From: Chrysomallon squamiferum
Taxonomy: Eukaryota > Animalia > Mollusca
Direction: 5' to 3'
Length of the DNA stretch: 64,000 nt
Assembly: GCA_012295275.1 (NCBI GenBank)
Contig: CM022670.1
Coordinates: forward strand, 5,518,001 to 5,582,000
A program made the position numbers and the translations under genes. Positions 1 through 12,810 of this stretch are shown in pieces (within the stretch, counting starts at the first letter, position 1; each line of letters starts with the position of its first letter). The notes beneath the pieces were generated by a model, which ran no database searches, was not told where the DNA came from, and was given only the letters and a program-made list of their open reading frames with translations.

Positions 1-155
1 TAATAATGCTTAAAACTAATAATTAAAGTAATAACTCTTGAACAGTAGCAACTGAAATTATGTTCATATTCTTAAAAAAAACATCAAAGGACTAATAATT
101 ATTCATCTCTTAAAATATGAAATTAAAAAAAAATAGAAATAAAATAAAAATTCAC

Positions 156-3100
156 CTGTTTGTCTCTAAATGATCGTTTGCCTTTGTACTTCATTTTGTG
201 TTTGACCATCATAAAAGCTTTTTCTTCTCTTTTTGTTTGTTTGTTGTACTTGACTGTGGATTCATCTTCTGTCGTCCATGTGCATATTTTTCTCTTCCTT
301 TTCTTCCTTCCTGCAGTGACATATAAAAGTAACATCAAATTATCTTCGTAACAAAAATCCAATGACATTTATGTTCTCTAATAGGACATTGACAAAAAAG
401 CATAGGATAAAAAGTTTTTATATTAAAAAGATGAATTTGCATTTTGATGCATCAACACTGTTTCACAGGAAGGTACGTAATACATACACATAATTTGAGA
501 AATGAAAACTAGCATTCAAACTGAATGAACTTTAGTAGTGTATTTTATTTAATGCTATCATAAATTCTTATTCTTTAAAAAAATAATCTCGTGTTCAATT
601 TACCATGATGGTCGCCAGTCTGGATTCACGGTCATGTGCTTTCTTCTTGTGAACATTCTCTATTGCTGCCAGATTTGGTAGCTCACCACTGAAAATGAAA
701 CAGAATTATCATTATTACTATTGTTGTTGTTGTTATTATTGTTATTACCAGCAGCATCAGCATCAGTATCTTCCTCTATCGATTATTAAAAAAAAATATA
801 CTAACAATAATGCAGTATTTCTTAGTAGAATATTTTCAGTATTACAAATGAATTCATTCATGGCACTTGGTAAAAGTGAAGATATTGATGAAATACTCTC
901 CTTCATTTCTAACTCAGTTTTTCACTGTAAATTGTTATTTGGGAAACACCATTTTGCAGACATCAAATAAAATCAAGATGCTACAACATTGCTGATCACT
1001 TTACAAGACAGTGTCTATTTTTGGAGACAGATTTCATCATCAATAATTCCATGATGGTTGTGTGTATAAATTCTGAGTGTTATTAATCTATTAACACTAA
1101 AGTTGTAATATTATGAAATGAAAGTGTTTCTCTGATTAATTAACTGTAAGTAGTCATTATCAACAGGGGAAAGCTATCTGTGTGAAACAACATTTATTGG
1201 AAAAATAAATGATAAATTACCTTTCCTCCTTTTCTTCAATATCAGCGTGTTTTCTTTTTTTGGCACCTGAAGGTCTTAAATCCACAGCCTTCAATGCCTG
1301 ATGTTGCTGAATCTTCTTAAAATCCTCTTGTGTGAGAATTCGATTTGTTGACACCTCCTTAGCCTTTGCCTTCCTTTCTTCAGGATTTTCTGGAACATTC
1401 TCAGAATTTGTCTTCTGGAATTAAAAGTATTCTTCTAAGTTTGCTTAAAACGTGCGAATAAATGTGAATGCAGTCCATTAACTTAATTTCATTTTTTTTA
1501 TTTGGTAACGCACAGACACTAACTTTATAACAAAGAAATAAAAACATTTTAAAAATTAAAAATAAAAACATTATTATAGTTTATGATTATACATGTACTA
1601 AAAAATGACATATAACTAATCCAAAGACGTAAGAATTGTAACCCATAATGGGTACACTTATTAAAATTTGTCTACCTATTAAAACATTTGATTTATAGGT
1701 TTGCTCAGAGTTAAATCAACAATTAACTTGGAGATGACAAAAGAAATTAGACTGATGGTTGTGCATCTAACAAAACATTACAATAACTGATTTAATGATG
1801 TAAGAACTACTCACCTCATCCTCATCTGATGAATGATGAACATCAATCCACTCTCCATCACTGTCATCATCATCACTACACGAGTCCCAATCATCTGTAG
1901 AATAGTTTACATACACACATTTACAACAGGCAGTGAAATAAAGCAAGAATGAAACTGACTTAACACTTTGACTGCTTAATTAAAAATAACTCCAGCAAAA
2001 TCAAAAACACTGGTAGCTGTGCCGCTTCAGCCCAGATGACAGCACGAACTGGCCGATGTGATGATTGTGAGTGTCTGGGGATGTGTCTGCTTCTTGTAGC
2101 ATAACAAAAATATTTTTTTAAGGCCATGCAGTAAAACTGCTTTCTGCAGTTAAACTATAATAAAAGTTTGAATGAATGTATCTGCTTATGGAAGGATTGG
2201 AATAAACTAACCAAACGATACATTAAAATTAAAAAAAATGTAAAATAAAAATTACACAAAATGATTAATTTTATTAATATATAAAAAGATAAATAAGGAA
2301 CACCTAAAGAGCAATCCCAGTAGAATCTAATTCACTTATTCATTCACTCACTAATTCTTCACTCATACAACCATTCAGGTTTTCACTTAACTCATTTACT
2401 TCATCAACAGAACACCTACTCATTCATTGATACAATCATTTATTAATTTCATTCATGTATCTATTGTCTCATTCATTCACTCACTTCATTCACACAGTTA
2501 GTTAGTTATTCAGTGAAACCTTGCTCAGCTTCTTCTTCTTTCTCTTCTTCTACTTCAGGAAGACATTCAGTTCCTGGTATAAAATCTTTTGTATCTTTTT
2601 CTCCATACTTCAGCAGTGACATTTCTTTTGTTGCCTCTGAAGGACGACCCTATATATGTATATATATAAGAACAAATATCAATTGTTTTTAAAGGCTATA
2701 AAGTGTGCCCAGCAGAGCTATGCTTTACAAACCTTTGTTCTCATTATCATGGAAATCTTTTATATGTTTATTTAGTTTACCTTGATTATTTCAAAGTGAC
2801 TGTTATTTGACTTAACAACAAAACCTGTTATTATTATTGTTAGTTATTTTTTAAAAAGGTAAAATAAATTATCAAAGCCTTGTTCAAAATAAAAGCTAAT
2901 GAAATATATACATTTTTTGTAAATACTGAAAATAAAATAAAACAAAGATAAATTCATAATAAATAAATAAATGTATTTACCCTATCTCTTTTGTGTAACA
3001 GGTCTGGATTAGTTTGTCTGAATGTTGATATTAATGATCTGGCTGCCATCATTACAGCTAAAGTTTTTAAAATAATAACAAATTAAATAAAGTGAATAAT

Positions 3101-6100
3101 AAAAATAAATTTCACATTCTTTAATAAAACATTCAAAATATTTTTGGATTATAATTACCTTTAAACAATTTTAACCAATTCTTTGTCTGTTTGCTGTGTA
3201 ATATTTTGAATGATTATGAAAGTGTGAATATATGTTTCTCTGTGATTGTATAAATGTATATTTTAATACATTTTATCAAGGGTATGTGTCAGTATGTCTG
3301 TATATGTTAATACGTTTTTATCAAGGATATTACCATTGGCAAAACTGAAAGATCATTATGTGAAGTCTATGTATCAAGGGAGATAACTCAAGAAGGCAGA
3401 CTTACATTTTATCCTGTGTGATTTGTACTGAACCAAATCTCTCAAGAGATCTTCACTCATAGCTAGAGGACATCTTGAACACATTTCACGAACAGCATTT
3501 AACCTGTAATGGAAAAGAACCAAGTGTTTTTTTGTCTATGTTTTTGGCATATTCATATGATTAAGAATATTTTATACGTATGACACTTACAATATATTTC
3601 ACACATTTGTTTATTTGTAATTTAAATCTGGCACATTTATATAATTCGAACCATAAAAATGGAGATGTTAGGTTCCAGATTTTTTCATATACCATAGATT
3701 TAAATTTTACTAGAAATAAGGGAGGAAAAAAACAACAACAACAACAGGGAAAGAAAATGATAAAATGATAGATGTAACAATTTTATTGATTTATTTATTT
3801 ACATGAAATGACTCACCCAACAGCCATCACATCACTGGAATTCCGCTCTGTAATAAAGTTATTGGCTATTGTCATTAATACTTCTTCAAGAACCTGAAGG
3901 AAAAATATTAAGCAGTAATAATATAGATAGATTTATATAAAATATCTGTTAATACTGAATAGCTTATACTCATGTGGTTAGGGTGTGCTACTTAACAATC
4001 ATTTGTTACTTTATTTAAACACTGTCTTTCAATTAGATATGTAATGTGCGTCTACTTCCAGCATTTGCTGATGTTTTCTTTTTGATTTTAGATAAACAGG
4101 TTCCATTTTTTGTGAGATTTAAATTTATATTAATGCCAAACAATCATATTTTTAATGAATTTAATGATAATAAATTGTAGTTATGATCCACAGAATGCCA
4201 GATAAGGTTTGCTAATATTAGTATAAAAATGTTATTAAAAAAATAATTGAGAGGTATAATTCCAATGATTATGAATGAAAACGTCAGCTTAAATTCATTA
4301 TGCTTCAAGAAAATTAAAAACACACACCTCTGGAGGTATTAGTTCATGGCTGGCCTGAGCTGCAAACAGTAACAATCTGGTCACCTCTGGAAAAGCCAAT
4401 ATTAATTTTTTTATTATATTATAATTTTTTTTTTTATGTTGAAAAGTATTTCTATCTTTATTAATCATCTAAAGTGTACAAGTTAATATTTACTGCATTA
4501 TTTTTTAACAGTAGATGCATACAGATTAATGTGCTTGTGAAATTATACGCATAAATTACCTCTTTGATGCGGCTGAAGAAATCTCTTGATGTAAGGATAA
4601 AAGTTAAACAACTGCAACTGAAAATAAAATAAATAAATAAAGTCCAAGGCTAAATACTCATTAATATAATTATATTTTTACCTTGTAACATTTCAAAATT
4701 AAAATTTGAAATATCTGTACATGTAATAATTTATACTATAAAATGCTAAATTATCATGTCATTTATTCACAAACATACATCATTTTGTTTTTAATATTAA
4801 TACAAAATTTATTAATTTTTTTATATTTTGCATATATAGGCCAAATATTGAGTACAAATATTGGCCAGAACTTTTATTAATTATTTCCCACTTCTCCTAT
4901 TATCATTCTGTTGCTTTATTTCGACATTATTAGAATTGTATATCCAAATAAATTGATAATTAATTCTGTCTAATAGTCAGCTCATGAGTAGCTCAAAACC
5001 TCCTCAGTCTGATTTGTCAATTAGTGCCAGCACTGAATGGTTAAAATACCTGATGAATTCCTATTAGTCGTGACACCAAGTCTATTAACAGCAGTTTAAC
5101 TTCAAAACGTTCATTACAAGTCTCCAGCTTTTTAAACAACTTCTCACAAAAACCTGAGAACAAAAATAAAATAGAGAGAGAAAAAAGAAATATATCTGGG
5201 TTTTGGGTTTTTTTTTTTTTTTTTATCTATTTAAATTACGTACTAATTAAAGTTAGATAAATATGAACTAAAGCAGAGGATAAAATCAGCAAAAATGAAA
5301 TTAACCAAAAGCTGCATGATTGTGTCTAAACATTAAAATATTTTTTAAATTATTTTTATTTTATTGGTACATTTTAAAAATTTTATTTGAATAAATACAC
5401 ACAACACACTTTTATAAGCATACAGAGACAGGAACACATATCTAATGAATGAAAATGTTTAAATGTTAAACTTACTTTGTGGATCATGTATTAGATGTAG
5501 TGCAGAAAAATTAAAAATTTCTGGTTTTCTTTTCTTCTTTTTATTTTTCTGAAAATATGAAATTTGATGAATTTAAACCATAAATAACAGTATTTTATAT
5601 AATTAATTTACTGAGAATACTGCTTCTTGAAAACTGTTTAGCAATCAGAAATTAAGGCTGTTTTATCTTAATATAGACAAAAATATATAACAACAAACTT
5701 TTTTATAAAATGTATTTCAGTATGTTAGAACACAAAATGGCAGCCTCTGTTTTTTTCATGAGCTTGTTATAATATCATTGTAGATATTTATTAAAATTTA
5801 CAAACTACCCTTAGACTATTTTATTAGAATAACTACTGCCACACTTTAAGAAACATTTATAAAACTTGACAGATACAAATATATTTCTGTCTACTCATTA
5901 CATCACCATAGATACCTTTAATTTTACCTGTACAAGTAATATAATTAAAATATAAAGATAAAGAAAATGTAGTTTTTATAATAAAGGGAGATAACTTACT
6001 TTCAAGACCTGAAGAGCTCTGTTTAATTTCTTTTGTCTTTTTTTTGTTTTCTTCCCAACTCGATTTCCAAGTTGTAGTTCTTTTGCTGTCTTCTGAGGTT

Positions 6101-9100
6101 TCTGCATGTTTTTAAAAAAAAAGAAAAAAAAAAAAAAAAAAGAGAAAAGAAAAGAAACAGTGAAAGAAGAATAAGTAAATCAATGAAATTAATCCCAATC
6201 ATAAGGGTTAAGTAAGAAATTAACATATTTAAAATTATTATTAACTATTCAAATTTCCTTAAAGAAGGTTTTCAGTTATTACAAGACGTTTGGTATGTGC
6301 TGTTTTGAAAATCAATGAACATTAGGTTTCATTATTTCAATACCACTTATTTTTTTTAAATGTGACAGTGAACTCTTAAACTATGAGTAGAGAGTGAATG
6401 TGGGATAAATAATTATAATTACCTCATCATCACTGTCACTATCATCATCTTCCTCTTGTGCATCTTTTCCCAAAAAGAATTTCACAGCAGCTACAACAAT
6501 CTACAATTGAAGAAAAAAAAAAAATTAAAATAAATAAAAAACCAATTAAACAATAAATTTGCACAAATGAAAACCTGAACTTGAGAATAACTAAAATGTG
6601 GCTAAACAATGACCTAAAGTGTGAGATGGGTGTAGTTAACAATTAATTACATTCTGTAGTGAAATTTTATGTAACCAAAACATAAACAGGAATAACTAAC
6701 TGAAAATAATATAACCATATTTAATTCGTTTTCAGTATATTGTAAGTAGATATTAACTAAATTCAAGTCCTGATAAAGGTAATGAAATGAATCTAAAATA
6801 AAGAAGGAAGCCTATTTTGATCGTACTTATTTACAGTTTTATTCCTACCAGAAACCTTTATTTACACCTGAACATATTTATTATATTTTTAACTTGGCCA
6901 TCTCTTTAGTATAAAAAGCAATAGAATCCATTCACATATTGTTATAACAAAAACTAAGATTTAACATAAATATATAAAAACAAAATGAAAGTAAAAAATA
7001 AATAAATAAATAAATAGGTTTTAAATTGTTTTTCACAAAATCATCCAATTTTGACATTTGATTATGACAACGTAGTTCAAGTTAACAATTTTATAAAATA
7101 AATATTACTGAAAGAAGCTTTGTTGAATTAAAAAGTAAATACCTTTGTCACTTTGGAGAAACAAGCTGTTGTGATAACATTGACTGTCTTTGCATCATTC
7201 CACACATTTCTTCTGTACAGCTCTATCATCACATCCTACAAAATTATTTTTTAAAAATGTAAATATACTGATATAATCTTTACCAATTAACTTAATATTA
7301 ACTTAATATAAGTTATATGCATAATTTATTATGATCTATTTAATTTCAAGACATTTACAAAAATAAATTTCAGGTTCCTTTTGGTAAAATGTTGTAAAAG
7401 AGGATTTCAAATTAGCTAATATTTTTAATCTTAATGTCTATCTGTGTATTCGTGGGTGTGTTCTATATTCATTTATGTTTTGTCTACTGTATTATCAGAA
7501 TGCAGGGTGTGGCTGTATATGAATGTGTATATTGTGTGTGGATTGTTTCCTTATTTCAAACAATACTGTGAAAAAAACACAACCCTAAGATTATTATAAA
7601 TACCAGTGACATCTTGGCAGCCACAGCATTGCTGTCTCGTAACATGGTGTACATGAAGTTCTGTAGTGTCTGCAATTTTAAATATAATTAACACTTCATC
7701 TTGTTTTGTTTTATTTATTTATAAACTTTTTTTTATTACATCATAGTTCTTCAATAAAATATAATTTTTTTTTTTTTTTTTTTTTTTTTGCAGGTAACAT
7801 TATTATGAATATAAGTTTAAAAGTACAGTAAGATTAAGATAGATTAAGCTGTTTACTGAGATAAAGTGTAACAAATTAATTCATAATTAATTGAATTTAT
7901 TTTTAAAATAAAACTCTTACTTATCCATCTATATCTATATCTATATCTGTATCTGTATCATCTATGTCTATATCTATATCTAAATAACCAGTAAAAACTA
8001 TGTTATGATATATGGTTATCATTTTACAATTCAATAAACTAATCAACTGGTTTAACAGCCTGGATAATTACACAATCAAAAAATGACTAAATTTGTTCTA
8101 ACTATTCTAAAGTAAGAGTAAGTCTCTCTCTGTAAAATCTATGCTATTTGTATTACTTACTGTGTTCAATTTAACATTCTTGTGTTTTGAATTGACGTTC
8201 TTGATGTCAATGACAATGTAGTGGTACAGTGTCTTCCTCAACACTTTGTCCTGGCAGCGGAACAGCTCAAAGAACAACTCCAACACACTTGTCGCTTGAA
8301 TTAGATTTTTATTCCTTAGCAGTATCAGTGATTTTACAATAGACTGAAATGTAATGGATACTATTATCACTAACGTTAGTGACATTTCGAAATCATTGTT
8401 ATAAACATCTTTTAGGTGTATTTCTCCACACAAAGGATGTTCCTGAGAGTTCCAAACTGGTAGAGAAAATAGCACCAAGTACCAAACAAAAACTCAATAA
8501 GTGAACCACAAACAGACAATCATTTAGATTTCAAACAGTTTTATTACTATTATTATGATAAACTATTTTAATAAAATTTGTGGATGTTTAGCCAGAGTCT
8601 TGCCAGCGAAAATATTGTTTAAAAAAGAAACAGACCATCTCTCACACAAACACTTAAACAGTTTTTCAATCTGATAAATTAAGATAAACCAAATGAAGTT
8701 TAAAAAGTTATGAGTTACTAGTCTCATTGTGGGATCGAGTGCTGTAGAATGTCTCTGAAGAAGTTCTTTCAGTTGTTGTGGAAAGTCAGAGAGCTCAGCT
8801 GAGTAACATTGAGAAATCTGAAACCAGAATGTTTTGGATTTTTTGTTACCAAAATACAAAATCACTGCTTTTTTGACTGCATATCTATTTCTAGTTCTAT
8901 ATGAAATTAATTTCATGATAAAAATTAATTGAAAAAAAAAATTAGAAATTTAATAACAAGAAATGAAAAAATAAAAAAAAATAAAAATATAAGAATATTA
9001 GCATAATTTTATTATTAAAAGTTTTTTTTTAATTACTATTTGGATTTTTTAATAAATGTAGATAAAAAAATAAGCCACTGAATTTAAATACTAATCACTA

Positions 9101-10120
9101 ATCTGTTGCATTAGTTACATCTCTTCAATGGCTATTAAATATTAACTCTCTAAAACAAGAAAAATTAAATGAAAAGAAAAACATTGTTGAGCAAAAGGGC
9201 TATTTCACACACATGATAAAATATTCCATATTAATTGCTACTGTTGTTATGAAATACTGACTGAAAAAAGAAAGTTAAATTAATAAAACAATAAATCTAA
9301 TATGCTAATAAATACCTGTGCAAGAAATGTTATGAGTTCATCCAGTGTCTGTGAATACTGTGATGGTTTAAGCTGAAAAATCTGTAGATTTGACTCATAA
9401 TGTCGATACTGTTGCAAGAACTGAAAGAAGGAAATATATATTTTTTAAATTGTATATTACTTTAATTGATAAAATGCATATGGAAGATTGATATATTTAA
9501 TATAAATGATAATTTATTTCTTTCTTCTTATTATTTTTATAATTATTATTATTATTTATTTTTTAATATTTTTTTTAATAAAAGAAAAAATATGAACCTA
9601 GCCTCAACATAGAGCAGTTCTCTTTGATATTTTCTTTTGCTGCAAGATTACTAATGTTGCAATATTTGTAATTACAATCCATGTGAGACATTTAGCTTAT
9701 CAATATTGTGAATGTACTTTAAAATGTACTTTCAAATTTTCAGTCTTTTACTCTTTGCCTTTAGTGAATAAATCAGCAGCAATGATTTAAAAATATCAAA
9801 GGGCCAATACAACAAGTCAATAGTAATTATTTTAATGACAAGACAGCTACTTCAGTACTTGACCACCTTGAAACTATTTCTCAGATTAAATCAAATGTTA
9901 ACAGAAATCAGAAGGATTTCAACGAAATTCTTAATACAACCACAATAGAAGATAATGATGATGATGATAATGATATCTTGATGATGACAATTAATGAATT
10001 ATTCAATATCACTATAGACCGAGCTGACTGACATCTCAGTGAACTGATGATTAATAAATCATAAATACGATTATTAGCCAATTTAATCACGGAAAAATAT
10101 AAATTACAATAATGTGAAAT

Positions 10121-10151
<31 letters not shown>

Positions 10152-10314
10152 AAAAGAATAATAATGAAATATACAAAATAAAAATAAAGGAGAAAAAATT
10201 GAAACTAATTTGTAATTATTATACCTCTTCCTTATATGATTCCGGGTCCCTTTTGATAAGATTCTGTAGCTGAGGCAGATTATTTGGAAGCTTATTACGA
10301 TTTCTATCTGTCAT
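156..10314 (-). CDS. SDAD1: Protein SDA1 homolog (60S ribosome biogenesis), multi-exon, last exon(s) beyond the left edge of the window
   Basis: ATG at 10314 gives [30 protein letters not shown], the hallmark SDA1 N-terminus. Exons, all GT-AG: 10225-10314, 9316-9420, 8719-8817, 8161-8343, 7604-7669, 7143-7235, 6423-6500, 6000-6101, 5476-5548, 5050-5153, 4560-4617, 4328-4386, 3817-3893, 3406-3503, 2981-3057, 2520-2649, 1815-1894, 1221-1414, 604-688, 156-310. Phases close at every junction except for a frameshift inside the last visible exon. Conserved motifs include [47 protein letters not shown] and KRSFRDKQ. Confidence 0.96.
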
Positions 10315-10662
10315 CGTAACTACTAAATATCTATAAACGCAAACACATATGATATATTATTTACATACACGTGTGTGAAACAGGAAATATTTGACCGGAA
10401 GTTTTTCTCAAGAAATAAAGCTAATAAACACCAGTTTCGAATAATGATTTTAAACATACTTTCTTTCTAAATTATTATTTGTAGAATATTAAATTATATT
10501 TTTTGGAGAGATGTGTATGAAATATTACGATGAAAATTATAACAGTATAACGGTCATAATTGTGTAACATACTAGATGCTACTGGTTCAAAATTCAATAA
10601 AATAAACATTATTTTTAACCGATGCCTTGACCTCAATAAACAGAGCCAGCATTTGAAACAAA
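10315..10662. promoter_or_regulatory. Bidirectional promoter region SDAD1/ANAPC15
   Basis: The divergent ATGs are separated by 348 bp. The region has a perfect ETS/GABP site ACCGGAAGT (10394-10402) and an E-box CACGTG (10368-10373). Confidence 0.7.
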
Positions 10663-11991
10663 ATGTCTGCGCCCTTATTTCCTTCATTAATACCTAGGGA
10701 AATTGACCAACTTTGGTTTACTGTCGACCGACCTATTGATGATGAAAATGAATTATCGAAACTCGAAGAAGAATATCAGACATGGGTAATTTGTCGGAAC
10801 TTTAAACTTCTGACGTTTATACTTGCACATGACATGTACCCAGTATAATCATAATGACAACACTGTTGAACACACACACGCATGCACGCACTCTCGCACG
10901 CACAGACAATCGCGTGCGCCTTAAATAATAAATATATAGTTTGAGTTATATGTCACGTTCTTTTATTTATAACATCGTCATAAAATGTAAATTTTAATGT
11001 TTCGTTTGATTATTATTTATTTATTTATATATTTTTATTATTTTTATTTTTAAAATTTATTTTGTATTTTTAATTTTTTAGCAATGCAGTATTGCAAATA
11101 AGGACAGCACTATCATTCCCATTGGCAAGACATCGGAGGTAATTCATGTTAAATTGTGCTCTCACTTAAGTCACAAATTTATTATTTAGTCACAAAATTT
11201 TATACAGTGACCAGAAAAAGTAATGCGAACAGATATTACTGTAAACTGTTATTAATAAATTATATTTTGTGAATTTTTGAAGTGTTATAAATTTTGTTCA
11301 CTCTAGCATTTAGATGAAGAAGATGAAGAGGAGGAGGATGAGGAAGGTGATGACGATGATGAGAGTGACACAAATGATGATACCGATCTGATGGATGAAC
11401 GTGACTCAGCTGATGATGCTAGCACGTGTAAGTAGTCACAGTTAGTGACATCAGACTTGGAGACTTGTTATGCTCTTTCATATACTTCTGAAACTTTATT
11501 TCTGTTGAATAATTTATCATTGAACCAGTTCATAGTTCAAGGTTGGGTGGTCTGAATTACTGTCTAAAAGGAAAAGATAAATAAATATTCTGGAACAATA
11601 TTAAATATCAAAATGGGCATATGGTGGTATATATAAATGATTTAACCATAGATTTTATATATATCAAGTTAGTATTTTTTTGCTTTTTGACTCTAACTAA
11701 TCGTCACTAATCAATAAAGAATTATTACAGAATTACATATTTATAAGGTCGAATGTAGTTAAATTAATTAATTTCAACAAAATCCTCACAGAAGTTTTAC
11801 AGTTCAGAATGTGAAATGATCTCTTGAAATATCCACAGAACTGGTTATTTTGTCGTGCTTTATTGGTAGTTGGTTTGGTTAGAAGAAACACAAGAATTAG
11901 TACCATGTATATACAAAATGTATTTAATAGTTTGTATAATTCTCAGTTTAGTTTTATTAAAATAAGTTACTGATGTATCTTTTCAGATTGA
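10663..11991 (+). CDS. ANAPC15: Anaphase-promoting complex subunit 15
   Basis: Exons 10663-10785 (MSAPLFPSLIPREIDQLWFTVDRPIDDENEL...QTW), 11082-11138 (QCSIANKDSTIIPIGKTSE) and 11307-11427 (acidic D/E tail). The protein then either reads through to TAG at 11433-11435 (...ASTCK*) or splices gtaagt to the acceptor at 11986 (...ASTY*, stop at 11991). LFPSLxPR, LWFxxDRP, IPIGK and the acidic tail match APC15. Confidence 0.93.
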
Positions 11992-12589
11992 TGTAATTAG
12001 GAATATGTCAAGAGCTTCATCTTGAAACTTCATCATTTTAGTGTTCTGCTGTTTTGCCTGTCAAAAGAATACAAAGTCAGAGTTTAAACTGCTGATTCAG
12101 AGTGTTTTTTATTTTTTTTTTATTTTGATCTGACACTCCTGCCAGAATAAAACAAACTTCAACTACATTAGATCTTCAAGTTATAATAATATTTATTTTT
12201 GAAAAAAACCTGTTAGCAGAAATGCAGATCAGTATATAAGACAAAATATTTACAGAGCAGTTTCTCTGAACAGAACTTTGTATAACAGCCATATTGAATT
12301 GTCAATAACAACTTTGGAATCAGCAAGCAGATATGTTCAGTTTGATGGCATTTGAATGCAGAAGAATCACTTTACAAATCTGTAAGAAGTAAAACTGTTG
12401 AGAAAAGCATCAACTCAGTTGCTCATCTTGAAAGTGCGGATGAAATACCAGGGGAAAATGTCGTTAACAAGACAATAATATTTTCATATATTTTAATAAA
12501 TAAAAATTATCAAACATTTTGTTGTTTGTTTTGTTATTATTATTGTTATTTATTTATTTTTGAAACAATGATCATTATAAATTAAATAT

Positions 12590-12810
12590 ATTATATTTGA
12601 AATTTACATATCTTCATTACAAGTTAAATATAGTATTTGAAATTTATCTATCATCATTATAAATTAAATATATATTTGAAATTTAACTATCATCATTATA
12701 AGCTGGATGTATTATACTTGAAATTATATACAATTATAAACTGAATGTAATATAATATTTGAAATTTAACGTCACTATAAGTTAGATGCAATATACTTGA
12801 AATTTAAGTA
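12590..12810. repeat. Degenerate AT-rich minisatellite (~38-40 bp unit, ttgaaattta...catcattataa)
   Basis: About six recurrences of TTGAAATT at ~40-bp spacing. Confidence 0.75.
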
